Assembly: GCA_028534125.1 (NCBI GenBank)
Contig: CM052818.1
Span: forward strand, 20,896,001 to 20,960,000
Reading direction: 5' to 3'
From: Lama glama
Taxonomy: Eukaryota
DNA length: 64,000 bases
This document shows, piece after piece, positions 1-13,714 of this stretch (position 1 is the stretch's first letter; every line of letters begins with the position of its first letter). Under the pieces are notes generated by a model. The model had not been told where the DNA came from and did no database searches. It saw only the letters and a program-made list of their open reading frames with translations. The translations under genes were made by a program, and so were the position numbers.

Positions 1-1120
1 ACTGAAGAGACCTTTTCTAGTTGAACACAACAATGCAAAAAAGACTGGGAATTAGAAGCATTCCCTTTGTGATCATGCAACAACCTGCCAAGTGGGATAC
101 ATCCCAATTCTGATCATAGACAAGCCTCTAACAGTTTCCTTTCCCTGCTTGTGTTCCAGAGACATCCTTAGAGGAAAGGGTTTGAGGGCATTAGTATCAC
201 TGACTACTGTGTTGACATTTTTAAAGAGCCATTAATCATAGGAAATGGAACTTAATGATGTAGAAAAATATCCAGCCGAGGAATATCAGGAAAGTAAGCT
301 ACAGCCCAATATTCAGATGAAATCGAAGGGAAATTCATCTTAACCTTTTTATTTTCCTTAATTAACTTATTACTAAACTCCAAAGCTAAGTGATTGAGAG
401 GAGTTGTACAAGCAAGGGAAATGGTAAACGGAGTAAAGGGAAATTGAGAAGGGCAAGTATTTTTATTTTGTAAATATCACAGCTGTGTAATGTGTGAAAT
501 AGATAAACTCTTTTCAGATTCTATAACTGAGGTCCTACTTGCTTGCGGTGCTTCCATTTTGGAAGGAAGTTACTTTTTCTTTTTGATAATCCCCGCCCTA
601 ATTTTTTCTGTTGACTCTGAGTACTTAGTGTCCTTGACATCCTGTGGTCCATGTGTGGCTTGACTGCTGATGGAATTTGAGAATGATTAGGTTGATAGTA
701 TGCCTGCACAGGTGACACTGATATCGTGGGCACACGGAGGTGAAGAGCAACGGTATGGCACAGGAGTAGGGTGATAAGTTTTCCTAGCTGAAATTTGGGG
801 AAACATGAAGCAAATATAGGTATCCTTATTTAGAAAATATATATGACACCAAACTCTAATGAACATTGCGCTGTAAAACGTGTCTGATGCTGGTTCTGAA
901 CAGGTGCTTCATTGGAAAGTAGCACAAAAACTAAAGTCATCCCCTCCCTTTTTTTCCTCCCATCTATTATGTCATGGGACCATAGTAGATTTTCAGTAAA
1001 GACCTACTGATTGATTGATATATGGATCTGAGATGAATGGATTTTAGGGTGACTTACATAAGGAGATTGTAAAATAACTAATATTATTAATGTGTGGGGG
1101 TTTTTTTTTTTCCTCTGCAG

Positions 1121-1305
1121 GTTTTTGTCATTCATTGGAGGGACATTGTGTGAGATTGGAAAGCCTGAAATGCAACAGAAAATAAATTCATTTCTTGAAA
1201 AAGAAGGAATAGAGAAGATTGCAGAAAGGTTACAAACAACAGTGCACACCTTACAGGTCATCATAGATGGCCTCAGCCAGCCTGAGAGCTTTGACTTTCG
1301 AACAG
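1121..1305 (+). CDS. SRBD1: SRBD1 penultimate coding exon (185 bp)
   Basis: Polypyrimidine tract and acceptor ...tcctctgcAG (1119-1120), donor GTaaat (1306). Translates (R)[61 protein letters not shown], recognised as the mammalian SRBD1 C-terminal region. The terminal G joins AT of the next exon to give GAT (Asp). Confidence 0.95.
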
Positions 1306-4300
1306 GTAAATCATTGAACTTGAATAGCTCACGTCATCAACTATGGCCCTCATAACAGCCCTAAACCACAGGATGCCCTCTTCTCCCATTCTGTGCATGA
1401 GAAGACTAAAGCATAGTGACCTTCCTTCAAAGTCATTGCCATTAGTTCGTATCCAGAGCCAAAGCTCTGTCTCCAGACTCCTGGTCCCGTGCTTGTTTCT
1501 ATTATACTGAACGAATGCATCGTGCACGTGCTCCTGTACATGGAGGCACACATTTTTCATAACCTTTTTGTAAACCATTTTTACCTCATAAGAGCCAGAA
1601 GTCCCAAGGTAAAGCACTGAGTTCACAAACTAAAGTGAATCTTCTCCCTAAATTGCAGACTTTTAAGTTCCTGGATACTATGTCAATGCACGCACTGAAT
1701 ATTTTCCTTCTAATTAAAAGTGCTCTCAGCTTTCAGCACAGGTAGATGGTGAAGGCAGTACAACAGCCATAGTTGTTCAGAGCAGTGACCCGGTGAGAAG
1801 GAATTAAGGTATCAAATGACCTACTTCCCAAGGAAATTTGAATAGGAAGCCCTGAGATTTAAATGAATCAGCACTAGTGTCACATCAGTTGTATGACACC
1901 ATGTTTAGGGCTTGGCTTTTTTCATTCTGGGTTAGGCTGTGTTGAGGTGGTTTCTTTGAAAAGGTTTAAGAGAATTTACAAACACACCCAGTACCATTCT
2001 CTCAACTTTTATGGAAGTTTGAAATTAATTTTTTAAGAAGTTGAAGAAAACTAAAGTGAAACATACAGTAAGACCTATGCCAAAAATGTAGGAAGTAGAA
2101 GCCTCTGGGTGGTCCATCCAAAGTATATATTTCAGTAGACAAATCCTTCCCCATTTGGAGGTGTTCTTGTATGTGAATTCCATACGTGTCTAGCAGGAAT
2201 ACTATGTAAGCAGTGGTTTTCAAACTGGCGTCTGGGGTGGTATGCCTAGAACCACTGCACTAAAGGGTTGGCAAATATGCTCCGTACTGGCTTTTCTGGT
2301 CCATCTTTGTTTTTCTGTCTTGGTGTTGATTGCTTCATTATCCCAGTTACACTGTAGATTCAGAGCAGAGATCGACACTCAGGTTGTATGGTTCAGTTCA
2401 ACAACCAACAGCTAAGTTGGTCCTTACCTGGTGATGCCCATGGTTGAGCAAAAACAGAGATGCACCTGGGCTCTGAACTGAGCGTACCAGTTACTGCGGT
2501 GTTTATCACTGTGACAAGTGAAATTTCAAATAAATCTCTTTGGAATTGACTTTTGCCCTAGTGTGTAAGTCACAGTTTTCTAGATGTCTGAGAACTTTTG
2601 TTTTAATACTAAAACCATCCCCAAGAAGGAAGGCAGACAGTTGTACTTTTGAAGGGGCAGATAGTATTTTGGATGTTTTGGCATTACAGTATTTATGTTA
2701 ATTTCTTTTCTTTTCTCCATTTTCTCAAAATTATTTCCTTTCTTGCCTCATTCTTTCCTCTTACTCGTCCTGTCTTCTGTTTTCCCACTGACATAATCAA
2801 TTCTATTTTATTAACACTCTGATTGTTAGTTAGTTTCCAAAACTGAATTCATCAGAAGCAGCCTGCTGACAAGGGACTGAATATGTAGCCCTTGCAGTCA
2901 GAGTGGTAAAGTTTGCCTGGCACATGGAGGATTTTCTGATTTCTCAATGGCCAGGGCTGTCTTCAGAAACATTTTCAAGTAGTTCTTGACTCTGATTTTC
3001 CATGCAAAATTAAACTAAGCAGCTGATCAGGAACCCTTTAGGAACCTCTGCAAGAAAGAAGAGGGAGGAAGTTTCTAAGCATTAAAAGCAATGCCTGTGG
3101 GGCCTCAGAGGCCATCCTACCTCTGACTCTGATCAACGACTTAGTTTCACTTTGCTTTGACACAGTCCTTGCGCAGTGTAATAGTGCATTTAGTTGGTTT
3201 CTTGTTTTGGAATTCACTGCTGCAGCATCAGGTGGAATTCTACACAATCAATCCCAATTTAGCATATTCCTTTTTTATGAGGAAAATGAAATTTGAAGTT
3301 TAAAGTGGGTTTTTGTTTTGTTTTAAAGGCAAAAGGTGAATTAAAAAAAAAAGAACTTGATTTCAGTATAGTTGGACTGTGGGAGGGGAACAAAGAGGTG
3401 ACCAGTTGTTAATACAAATGTAAAGGATCGCTTTAACAAGTAATCAGGATAAGGCCAACAGCTGTGGAGGAAAAGGAAATGGAATGGGTGGAGGGGAAAA
3501 TGAGGTCTTAGTAAAAGGAGATCCAAGCGTAGAATGTGTTCTTTGTTATTAGAATCAACATTCAGTAATCCTAGGAAAGGGGGCCAAAAAGAGCAGGGGC
3601 AAATGGAATCCACAGATAATCCAAACGCCCTGTTTAAATTGTTGTAACCTTCTCCCTCATGAAACATTTGTTGTTGTTTTTGTTTTGTTTTAACTACAGC
3701 CATAATGATTCCTTGACATGCTTTATGCCTACTTTTGGGGGGATAGTGTTAATGACAGAGAAATGTACACCGGGGTGAGCAAGAAAAGAGGACTGTACAG
3801 AACATGAGAGCAGAGATCTGCGCTTCATCTTTGTCTCCCAAGCACCCAGCAGAGCGCCTGGCTGGGAGATAATGATAGCAGTCAGTCAATGTTTTATGAA
3901 TTGAATTGAAAGAGGAGAAAGGGGATTAGGTACTAGCTGATACGGGTTTCTCAGCAATAGATAATCAAGAATCTATAAATTTTGACTGGACAAACATATT
4001 AAAAGTGGATAGGAGTTGATTCTTGAGTTCCAGATTTGTTGTGGGGAAGTGAGAAAGGAGAACATTTAAAATTTCATCCACATGTGACTAAACATTTGCG
4101 TGCTTTCTACTCCCTTTAAACAGTGTGAGGATCCAAGCACTGGAGGCGGGTGGGGGGGAATCCCAGTCTTCTGTCTCCAAAGTTCTTCTTTTCTCCGTGT
4201 GTGTGACTTAGCCTTGCATATTCATTGAGCAAATATATTCTTATCACCTCCTCATAAAGAAGAATATAAGACTCTCTACTCTTCTCAGTCCTTATATATA

Positions 4301-4561
4301 GGGCTAATGTTCCCATGTCAGCAAGACTGAGTAAATTTTCTTGAATTGTTTCTGCTTTATGCATGCTGTTTCTCCAGCTAGGATGCATTTTCTCTGAAGG
4401 CAGCCCTGTGTCTTCAGCTCTTTGTTATACCCACCTCATTGCTTAATACTAGTCTGGGCACACAAGTGATACTTGTAAATACTTATTCACTAATTTATGT
4501 TGTGTCTAGGAAGTACAGTATCTTATTTACACTGTGTTTTTCCCCCCTCCTTTCCTTGTAG

Positions 4562-4851
4562 ATTTTGATAAACCTGATTTCAAGAGAAGCATAGTCTGCT
4601 TAGAAGATCTGCAGGTTGGGACAGTTCTTACAGGCAAAGTAGAGAATGCCACCCTGTTTGGAATTTTTGTGGATATAGGAGTGGGGAGATCAGGGCTGAT
4701 TCCTATACGAAATGTAACAGAAGCAAAACTTTCTAAGACGAAGAAGAGAAGGAGTCTTGGACTGGGCCCTGGAGAAAGAGTGGAAGTCCGAGTGCTCAAC
4801 ATTGACATTCCTCGATCTAGGATTACCCTGGACCTCATTCGAGTGTTGTGA
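4562..4851 (+). CDS. SRBD1: SRBD1 final coding exon, S1 (OB-fold) RNA-binding domain and stop
   Basis: Acceptor tttccttgtAG (4560-4561), in phase with exon 1121-1305. Encodes [52 protein letters not shown]...[26 protein letters not shown], a typical S1 domain. TGA at 4849-4851. Confidence 0.96.
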
Positions 4852-5440
4852 GTGTGCCGCTGGAGGCCAAACCCTGATTTTATTTCCTTATTTCTACAGA
4901 TTGGCAAGAGTCAGTTAGATGTCTGTGAGGTAGATAGCAGGCGAGAAAGAATTCACTTAGTATCGGAAGTATTTTCCAAACATGTTCCTTATTTTTCCTT
5001 CTAACGGTTTGATTTATTTTCCTCTTAAAAGAAGCGACTAATAGATACCTTTATGTGGCTTCATGTAGTAACGATTTTCTGACCAAAATTTTATTTTTTA
5101 TAACTCATGTTTGTCTCCTTTTGCATTTTGTATAATAGATTGTTTCACGTCTTCTTGCCAACATGCCTTGCTGGACTTATATGGAATTATCTTGATTTGA
5201 ATTGTACAATGTTTCTTGCAAAGTAAGGCTGACAATATTTAATCCTCTCTTTTTATAGATTTTTTTTTTAAATCAGGCCTTTTGGACTTGACTCATGATT
5301 TTCCCTTGCCAAGCAAACCAAAATATACCAGTAAAACAGATCCTGATGTGTGCATAACCATCAAATGAATGGCTCAAAATATTTCTCAGAAGGATATATG
5401 TATTGATCCTTACAATAAAATTTTGTGGCTGATGATCTTG
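4852..5440 (+). other. SRBD1: SRBD1 3' UTR (approximate end)
   Basis: U-rich, repeat-free sequence between the stop codon and the first AATAAA. The cleavage site is inferred, not observed. Confidence 0.7.
5414..5419 (+). terminator. Polyadenylation signal of SRBD1
   Basis: AATAAA at 5414-5419 followed by a GU/U-rich tract (tcttgtttttgccatgttg). Alternative ATTAAA at 5485-5490. Confidence 0.75.
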
Positions 5441-6429
5441 TTTTTGCCATGTTGCTTCAGTGAATGATCTAAGAGTCTGTCTTGATTAAAGAAGATGTGG
5501 CACACATGCATACAAACTTCAGGTGAGCCAACTGTGCCTTTGGGGACTAGGGAAGCCTCTAGAAACTTAAAGAATAGCTATCTGTTTGACTTAGCACAGA
5601 AAGACATATTCTTTCTTAAGCATCAGGATTAAACTCCAAGTGGGGATAGAAATGGCCTTCCTAAAGGTTGAATGTAGATCAGGTGTGAAGGGGCAAGAAG
5701 AACTAGTAGATAAAGCAAGTGGCTCCTAACTCTGTTTTTATTCAGTGCAACGGTAAGTGTTAACGAGACTGTACAGGGTAAATGATTATAACAGAGCCCA
5801 CACTGGACTGGTATCTTGTCCGTTCTGGTTGGTTGATTTCCCTAATGGGGTTATTTGCATGATTGAATGAGGAGCTGGTTTTCTTGATGTATAATGAATG
5901 AATGGATGGTTACCGAAGAAGGTGACAAATCCTGCTGGTTTGCCTGGTAGACACTCATTGACCTGTCAGAATTTTTTTTTAATTGAAGTACAGTTGGTTT
6001 ACACTGGCATAATATCTAGTAGTGCCTCTTTTTATTCCCAAAGTGTGCCATTTTGGATAATGAATCATATGATCACCTTAATAGTAACAGTCCCTTACAA
6101 GTGCTAAATCAGACTGCGTTTATTGACAGTTCTGCCTGGTGGTTTGTTTTTCTTGAAATATGCAGCTTTCCACTGTTGTACATAGATCTTCTTAATGCAG
6201 TAAGTTCCTTAAAAGTTGTATAACTCAACTTCTGTTTGCCTGATGATTTCCTTTATGAAATGCTTTTTCTCTCTTTCTTACTGGCCTTTAGCTGACAATG
6301 CATCTTAATGTTGTAACTTCAAGTTGATCTTCCTGCTCTCTCCTCCCAGTGTTCTTCCTGGTTCATAATCTGTAGATTAGTGATGAGTCTTATTCTGAAA
6401 CCTGCAATGTAATTCCAAACAAATGCTTT

Positions 6430-6565
6430 TTTAAAAATTTGAGGTATAATTGGCATATAACATTATATTAGTTTCAGGTATGCAACATAATGATCTGATA
6501 TTTATATATATTACAAACTGATCACCACAATTAGTCTGCTTAATATCCATCACCATACACAGTCA
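6430..6565 (-). mobile_element. L1 3'-end fragment (L1MA-type)
   Basis: tttgaggtataattggcatataacattatattagtttcaggtatgcaacataatgat... matches the antisense L1 3' terminus. Confidence 0.75.
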
Positions 6566-6869
6566 AACAGTGCTTTTGGGGCAAAGGCCTTCTCCCTGGG
6601 CACTTTGAATACAGGGACCAAAGCAGTTGACAATGAAGCAGCTCTGTTAACTGGATAGCTAAGCCCTCATGGACACAAGGAGGACTTGATATTGTACCAG
6701 GTTGAGTGATTTGTCCTGTTCAACCCAAATATGATGGAGCTCTATAAGGCGTAGGCTGAGGGGAGAGAGGCATACCTCATTTATCTTGTAACCCCAGAGT
6801 GTAGCATAGTGCTTGATGTCAGTATGTTCAGCTAATTCTAGTCCTTATTCTACAAATAATCTGCAGTGT

Positions 6870-6940
6870 GCCTTTGAGCTGGTACCTTTACTTCTCTGGG
6901 CCTCCTTTTCCCAAGTTTAAAATGGGGGTGATGATAATAA
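6870..6940 (+). mobile_element. MIR SINE core fragment
   Basis: acttctctgggcctccttttccc...ttaaaatgggggtgatgataata resembles the MIR core. Confidence 0.6.
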
Positions 6941-6941
6941 A

Positions 6942-7650
6942 GCATTCATTTTCCCAAGTTGTATTGGTGGCCTCGTGTGTGCCAGACGTTGTGCTAGACA
7001 CTGACCATACAATTAAGAAAAATAGAGATTATACCTGCCCTTATGGTGCTTGAATTTTATTGAAAAAGAAAGAATCATTAGTCAAAGAATCACATAAAAA
7101 TATAAAATTAGAACCATAATAAGCCATATAATGGTGACAGCATATAATATCTGGATTGACCTTTTCAGAGAAGTCAGAAAATGTTTCAGTGGGGTTTAAC
7201 TGAGATGTGAAAATGACCAGAAGTTAACTGGAACAAGTGTTTCATTGACCTTTACAAGAGTTGTGTCTCATAAATGGTGGAGATGAGAGCCTTATTGGGG
7301 TGGGTTTGAGAGAGAGGAGGAGGAGTTAGATTGGAGATAGTGAATATAGGTAATTTTTTCAGGAGATTTGGCTGTAAAGGAAAAAGAGAAATAGCAGAGT
7401 GGCTGGATGAGGAAAATGGAGTCCAGAGAGAGTTTCTGTAATTTTTTAAAACAGAAGAAATAATATATACAAATGGAAATGATAATCCAGGAAAATCTGA
7501 TACAGGGAACAAAGAGGAGGATTTGATATCCTTGAATGGATGAGATTGGATGGACTCTAGTGCACAAGTCCGGTCTAAGATAGGGATACAAAGAGTTCAT
7601 CCATATTCACAAGAGAGAAGGTTGAATATGTGGGCACAGATGTAGGTAGG
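6942..7650 (-). mobile_element. L2 LINE fragments
   Basis: cattcatt...tgtgccagacgttgtgctagacactg (L2 3' end) and the purine-rich gagatagtgaatatagg...ggagatttggctgtaaagg (antisense L2 ORF2). Confidence 0.7.
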
Positions 7651-7799
7651 ACCGTATGGTGATGGGACAGAGGGAGGTTTACAGCAAAGTGTGTACATTT
7701 GTGCTATACCCTACCCTTTTTCCATAGAAAAATGCCTAGCGTGTATTAGGTAATCAGCAAATGTTGATTGGATGAATAAATAACTAATACAAGATTTCA

Positions 7800-8530
7800 A
7801 TACAATGGTTAAAAAGGAAATAAGTGTTCACAAAAATCCAGTTTTCCTTAATCATGTCAGACAGTATGATGGAATAAGTGGTTCCTATTTATTATAACAC
7901 ACTGTAAAACATCTAAAAATAATCTAACAAGCAATGGACAAAATCAATACAAAGAAAATTATAGAACTTTACTATTGAATATAAAATAAAGGTCAAATGC
8001 ATTTAAAGTATACCATATTCCTAGATTGGAAGACATGATATTGTAGAAAGATCAGTCCTCCAAAAATTAACGTTATCTATATAAATAGAGAAAAAGGGAG
8101 ATACCTGCTTTTGTCACGATTCCAATCATCATTCCAGTTGATTTTGTTTCTGTTTGTATGTTTGTTTGTTTATTCAAACTTAAATTAAAAATTAAAATTA
8201 CTTGGAAGAGAGTGAAAAAAGTCAAATCAATGTCTTAAAAGAATAATTGGGTTGATTGGATGATACGGGAGAATTTGTCCTATCAGATACTGAAGTATAC
8301 TCAAAACCTTACATCATTTAAACAGTGTGGTACTGGCACAGGAATAGATAAACAGAACTGTGGAATAAGCAGAGAATTCAAAATCTATGAGGATTTAATA
8401 TATGCTAAAAGTGGCATTTCCAATTGGTGCCAAATCATATTGCCACACTAACACAAAGATTAGTTCCAGATGGATTAAAAATAAATAAAATCTTAAAAGA
8501 ACTACAAGCAAATGTAGAAGTCTTAGAGAA
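7800..8530 (+). mobile_element. Old L1 ORF2 fragment (degenerate)
   Basis: ataccatattcctagattggaagac and aaacagtgtggtactggcacaggaatagataaac (KTVWYW-like ORF2 motif), with frameshifts. Confidence 0.75.
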
Positions 8531-11118
8531 GTGATTAAATAGCCATCTTTGTGGAATGTGAGAAAAAATAGAGGAAACGTGGGCCTATAGACCTAAAAGT
8601 TGCATTTGTTGAACACCTCCGTTGAGACCCTGTGCCAGGTACTGGGGACAAAAGATGAATATGGTATCTTGAGGACACCTGGCACCTAGAGGAGTTGGAA
8701 TTTAAGCTGCAACAAAGAGCATTTTGAGTTAAATATCATGGGCATTTTGAAGTCAAACCCGGCTGCTATCTACTTCAGGATAGAGTGTCATCCCATTTCA
8801 TTTGAAGCCACAAGACTCTTTTGGAGTACTTGGTTTGGGATTAATGGAGTGCTCATGTGGAGGTGTCTGTACATCTAACCCTGACCTCAGAGTTAGCACT
8901 GGTGTTAAAATTGGAGATGGAAAGAAGGAACAGGATGGAAAAACCAAAAATATATTTAGTCGATCTTTTTATTTTGGCTTCCTGCCTAAAATCAGTCATA
9001 ATGAGTTGGATTTAAATAACAGATCATGGAGCACTGAATGACTGGGCTCATTGCCAAAGCAGTTCGTTCCACAGGAAGAAAGATATAGATTTCTTCCCAC
9101 TCACTCATTTTATATGGTGAGGATGATTCTGTGCATGAAGGCTGGGTTTATTATTTAGGGGGAGAGTGGGACGAGCAGACTCGGGTCCTGTCAGCGCTAA
9201 AAATTACCGTTTTAGAAATTAATTTAAAAACCACCCCCAGAAAAGATTTGCTGTTCTCTTACCTTACCTCATATCAAGAATTTAAATATGGTTGTAGTAT
9301 TCCTCCATTAAATATTTTTAGAAAGTCTAACCCTGAAGAAAGGAAGTAAATTATTAACTAAATACCACAGGGAAACCTCTCAGATACCAGAGAATTTGTC
9401 ATGACTGTCCAGCTCATCTAAAGTGACAGGTCTGAAATGTTATGTAGCTCAACCCTACAGAAAAATCTAAAGTTCAAGCTACAAAGGTGAAAGGAGAGAT
9501 GAGGTGAGGGAGAGAGAAAGCAATGGAATAGCCCAGCTTTGTTTTGTCTCAAGTTTTGAGAGTCTTGTCTTAGCCAAGCAATTAGGCCAAGTAAGTCTCC
9601 AGATTTGTTGCAGTGTTTTGCAAAAGCCGTCAGGGGACAGATGAATGAAAGCTCGTCTCTGACAGCAACCCACATGAGATGGACTGTCCGCCTCCTTCTG
9701 GCCAGGTCCGCTAACTTGAGAAACCCCCCCAACGGGGCAAGCTTTCGGATGCCCTTCTCCAGTCCCTGCGGCTGGTTCTCTGCTCACCTGACATTGGCCC
9801 ACCTGCTTCCCAGGTTTAGGTCTCCTGGCAATGAAGGACAAGGTGACACCAGTGATAGCCACACCAAAGGTTTGTTCAAATTCTTTGCCTCACAGGATTA
9901 AAATGATTCCATGAAGGTAAACTCAGAAGGCTAGGGGAGTTCAATTTGGTATAATTTATTACTTCAGTAACGAAAACAACTAAATTTCTAGCTAGTGAGA
10001 CATACTGTCACTTTACCTGCAGTAACACCCACAAGAAACATCTGAAGTTATTTTTGGTCATTTTGTTATAGCTTTTTTTTTTTCATTTTGTTATAACTTT
10101 ATTTTGATTTTTTTTCCTGATTGGAAAAAGTAATAAATACAGATAATGAAATATGAAAGTTGAAAAACAAAAACCCCTTGTAATTTGAGAAGTAATCCCC
10201 TTTTATAGTGTATGTGTATCTTCAGCCTTTTTCTATACATATACGCCTTCATACATAAAGATATTTAAAAAATCAGGATCAGGTTATATAGTGTTCTATT
10301 TTTACAATATAGCATGCACATCTTTCCATTATCAATAGCCACGTATCTACCTTAATGTGTGTCATCATATGTGTATGAACCACTGCAAACAGTGCTTAAG
10401 TGAATGCGATGGTGCATTGTTTTAGTGGTTTTGCTCTGTCAAAGCATATGCACATTTAAATGTTACTAGCTATTGTGAAAATCCCTATATAGTAAGGATG
10501 AATATTGTGTTGTTAAACTTTTGTTTCAGTTGTGTGTCCATGTATTTGTGTTGACACTGCATTAAAGATGTGAAATACATTCTTTATTGTGCATTGAGGC
10601 TTTTTTTTTAAGTATGAAAGCAGACTTTCTCTATGGAGTAATCATTTCTGTTCCCCAAATTCGTCATGTTCCCTCTCACTACAGAGCCTTTGAAAGTGTC
10701 ACGTCATTCCTTTTGCCTGGAACAGCCTCCCCTTGCTCTCATTTCTATCCCTTTGTCGAGTCTCAGTGATTGGGTCACACCTCAGGTGGCATTTTCTGAG
10801 ACGTCTCATTAAACTCCCCGTCTGAATCAAGTTCTGTTTTAAAGTCTCTCTTTGCAGCATGTAATGTTCCTTCACTTCCTGCACGCAGCTGATGGCTGTA
10901 CATTTATGTGTATAATATCAGCACTTAATGTCTTCTTCTGCAGGTTGGAAACTCCACGAGGACAGCAGCCTTGAATACCCACCGTTACTTGTGGTAACTT
11001 GGAACTTCACCCCCTTTTATTCATTCCTTACCTCCTCTGATTTTGACCCCATTTTTAACCACCTGAGTCTTCCATCGTTTTACCTTGATTCCTCCACATA
11101 CGGTGCTTGGCCTTGGTC

Positions 11119-11702
11119 TCTGTTTAGCTTAGGATCTCTAGAAACCAGACCGCGAGAAAAAGGCTTATGTACTTATGCTTTATTGAGGTGTACAATCCCA
11201 AGGCAGGAAGAGCAATAGGAAAAGGAGGTGAGTCCAGGAAGTAGAGAAAGCAAGACAAAGTGCTGCTACAGACGCATCAGAAAATGCTGGCGTCTGTCTT
11301 TGAGGAGGCCCCGTGAAATGCTGGAGACTCAGACAGTGGAAGGATGGAAGGAAGGGAGGAAAGAGAAGGAGTTAATCTGCTGTCTCCTTCCTGCCTCCTG
11401 TCTCTCACTGGTCAGAGTTCACCCTACTAGGCAGGCACTGATTCCCTCGTACTTCCAGGTTTCATTACTTGGCTTCTGTGGGCAGTTGCGAAGAAAGTGG
11501 GTCAGCTGGGTCAGACCCTAGTCATGATGCTACTTTGGATCCCACGGCAACAGGTGGGATAGCAGCCATGCTGAATTCCAGACCTCTCCCTGGCTCCCCC
11601 AGCTAGCAGCGGTGACTGCAGTTGCGGCTAGGCTTCCTGGGGGGCCTCTGGCTGAGAAAGAGACTGGGTAAATCTGGGAGCCTCACAGACAGGTCCAGTA
11701 CA
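11119..11702. mobile_element. ERVL-class LTR relic (LTR33/LTR16-like)
   Basis: Starts tgtttagcttaggatctctagaaaccagaccgcgagaaaaagg...tttattgaggtgtacaatcccaagg, a typical ERVL LTR terminus. Family assignment is tentative. Confidence 0.55.
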
Positions 11703-12494
11703 GCCTCTGGAGCATTAGGACTGGGGTCCTTCCAAACTAGCTTAGCTTCCATGACCTAGTAGCTCATGAGCCCACCGCCCTACTCTGCCCCCTCGTTATC
11801 CCTTGCCTCTACTCTGTACTTGTGGAACTCAGCTCTAACCCAGACGACCCAACCAGCTCTCAAACAAGCCAGCCCCAGAGCCTCCCCAGCCCTGCCTCAC
11901 AACTTAGAGCAGCGCCGGGTCACCTAGGTGCTATAAAACCTCTATTTCATCATTGTTTACAAGGTTCCCTTAGATTACTTCCCTCCCACTGAGATCTCTG
12001 AGAACTTTGACCAGAGGCTGCAGATCCATTAAAGAAGGAAAGTTAGAAATTCAGAGCAGTGGGAAGGTCTCTCTGCCTCATGGAGAGTTTGGCTCCTGTG
12101 TGATTGATACTGGAAGCCACTGGAGCTGAGAACGGACATGAGTCAGGGGCCAAGAAAACTAAAACTGACCATTAATTGTCCCTTAACCCATCATGTCTTT
12201 CCAAAAGGAAAACATACGCTTGATGCCACACCCCATCCCCAAGATAAAAACATCAAAAACCATAGGAGAGGATATGCAAAACCAGACTGTGTATGTCTAA
12301 TGTGACAAGGGGTTATTTAAAAATAAATTGCTCAAGGCAAAGCACAGATGAAGAGAGTTACTTTGGGTTTTGGCCAACTCTTCACTGATAATCTGTGCTG
12401 GCCCCGGTGAATAGAGCCACGACCAAAGAAAATAGTCTGCAAACAAACATTTGTCTCCAGAAACTTTATCTTGCTCTTGTTTTGGTTTTGGTTT

Positions 12495-13214
12495 TGGTAA
12501 TGGCTTAATTGAGCTATAATTCACCATTTAAAGGGGTACAAATCAGTGATTTTGAGTATGTTCACAGAGTTCTGCAACCATCATCACAATACATTTTAGG
12601 ATTTTTTTTCATTACCCCAACAAGAAACCTTGTACCCATTGGCAGTTGCTCGCTCCACACCCTCAGCCCTAGGCAACCTCTAATCCACCTTCTGTCTGTA
12701 TGGATTTGCCTTTTCTGGGCATTTCATGTAATTGGAGTAATATAATATGTGGTCTTTTGTGACTGGCATCTTTCACTTAGCATACTGTTTTCAAAATTCA
12801 TCCATGTTGTAACATTTATCAGTACTTCATTCCTTTTTATTGCTGAGTGATATTCTGCTGTATGGATATACCACATTTTCTTTATCTGTTCATCAGTTGA
12901 AGGACATTTGGATTGTTTTCCACTTTTTGGCTATTATGAATTATTCTGCCATGTACATGACCATACAAGTTTTTGTGTAGACATATGTCATTATTACTCT
13001 TGGGTATATACCCAGGAATAGAATCGCTGGGTCAAATGGTAACTCTGTATTTAACATTTTGGGGAACTGCCAGACTGTTTTCCAAAGTGGCTGCACCATT
13101 TTGCATCCTCTCTTTCGATGTATAGGGGTAACAGTTTTTCTGCATCCTCATCAGTACTTGTTATTTATCTGGATTTTTGATTATAGTTATCCTACTGGGT
13201 ATAAAGTGGTTTTA
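12495..13214 (-). mobile_element. L1MB-type 3' UTR/ORF2 end, truncated by the assembly gap
   Basis: attgagctataattcaccatttaaaggggtac...gactggcatctttcacttagcat...aactgccagactgttttccaaagtggctgcaccattttgcat. Confidence 0.88.
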
Positions 13215-13714
13215 NNNNNNNNNNNNNNNNNNNNNNNNNNNNNNNNNNNNNNNNNNNNNNNNNNNNNNNNNNNNNNNNNNNNNNNNNNNNNNNNNNNNNN
13301 NNNNNNNNNNNNNNNNNNNNNNNNNNNNNNNNNNNNNNNNNNNNNNNNNNNNNNNNNNNNNNNNNNNNNNNNNNNNNNNNNNNNNNNNNNNNNNNNNNNN
13401 NNNNNNNNNNNNNNNNNNNNNNNNNNNNNNNNNNNNNNNNNNNNNNNNNNNNNNNNNNNNNNNNNNNNNNNNNNNNNNNNNNNNNNNNNNNNNNNNNNNN
13501 NNNNNNNNNNNNNNNNNNNNNNNNNNNNNNNNNNNNNNNNNNNNNNNNNNNNNNNNNNNNNNNNNNNNNNNNNNNNNNNNNNNNNNNNNNNNNNNNNNNN
13601 NNNNNNNNNNNNNNNNNNNNNNNNNNNNNNNNNNNNNNNNNNNNNNNNNNNNNNNNNNNNNNNNNNNNNNNNNNNNNNNNNNNNNNNNNNNNNNNNNNNN
13701 NNNNNNNNNNNNNN
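13215..13714. other. Assembly gap (500 N)
   Basis: Run of exactly 500 N. Confidence 0.99.

Noticed and set aside
1092..1355. 87-aa ORF as a standalone gene
   Set aside because: It is the SRBD1 exon plus intronic read-through on both sides. Splice sites delimit 1121-1305.
4534..4851. Bacterial-like S1/Tex ORF suggesting horizontal transfer or contamination
   Set aside because: It is a spliced exon of the native vertebrate SRBD1 gene, embedded among mammalian repeats.
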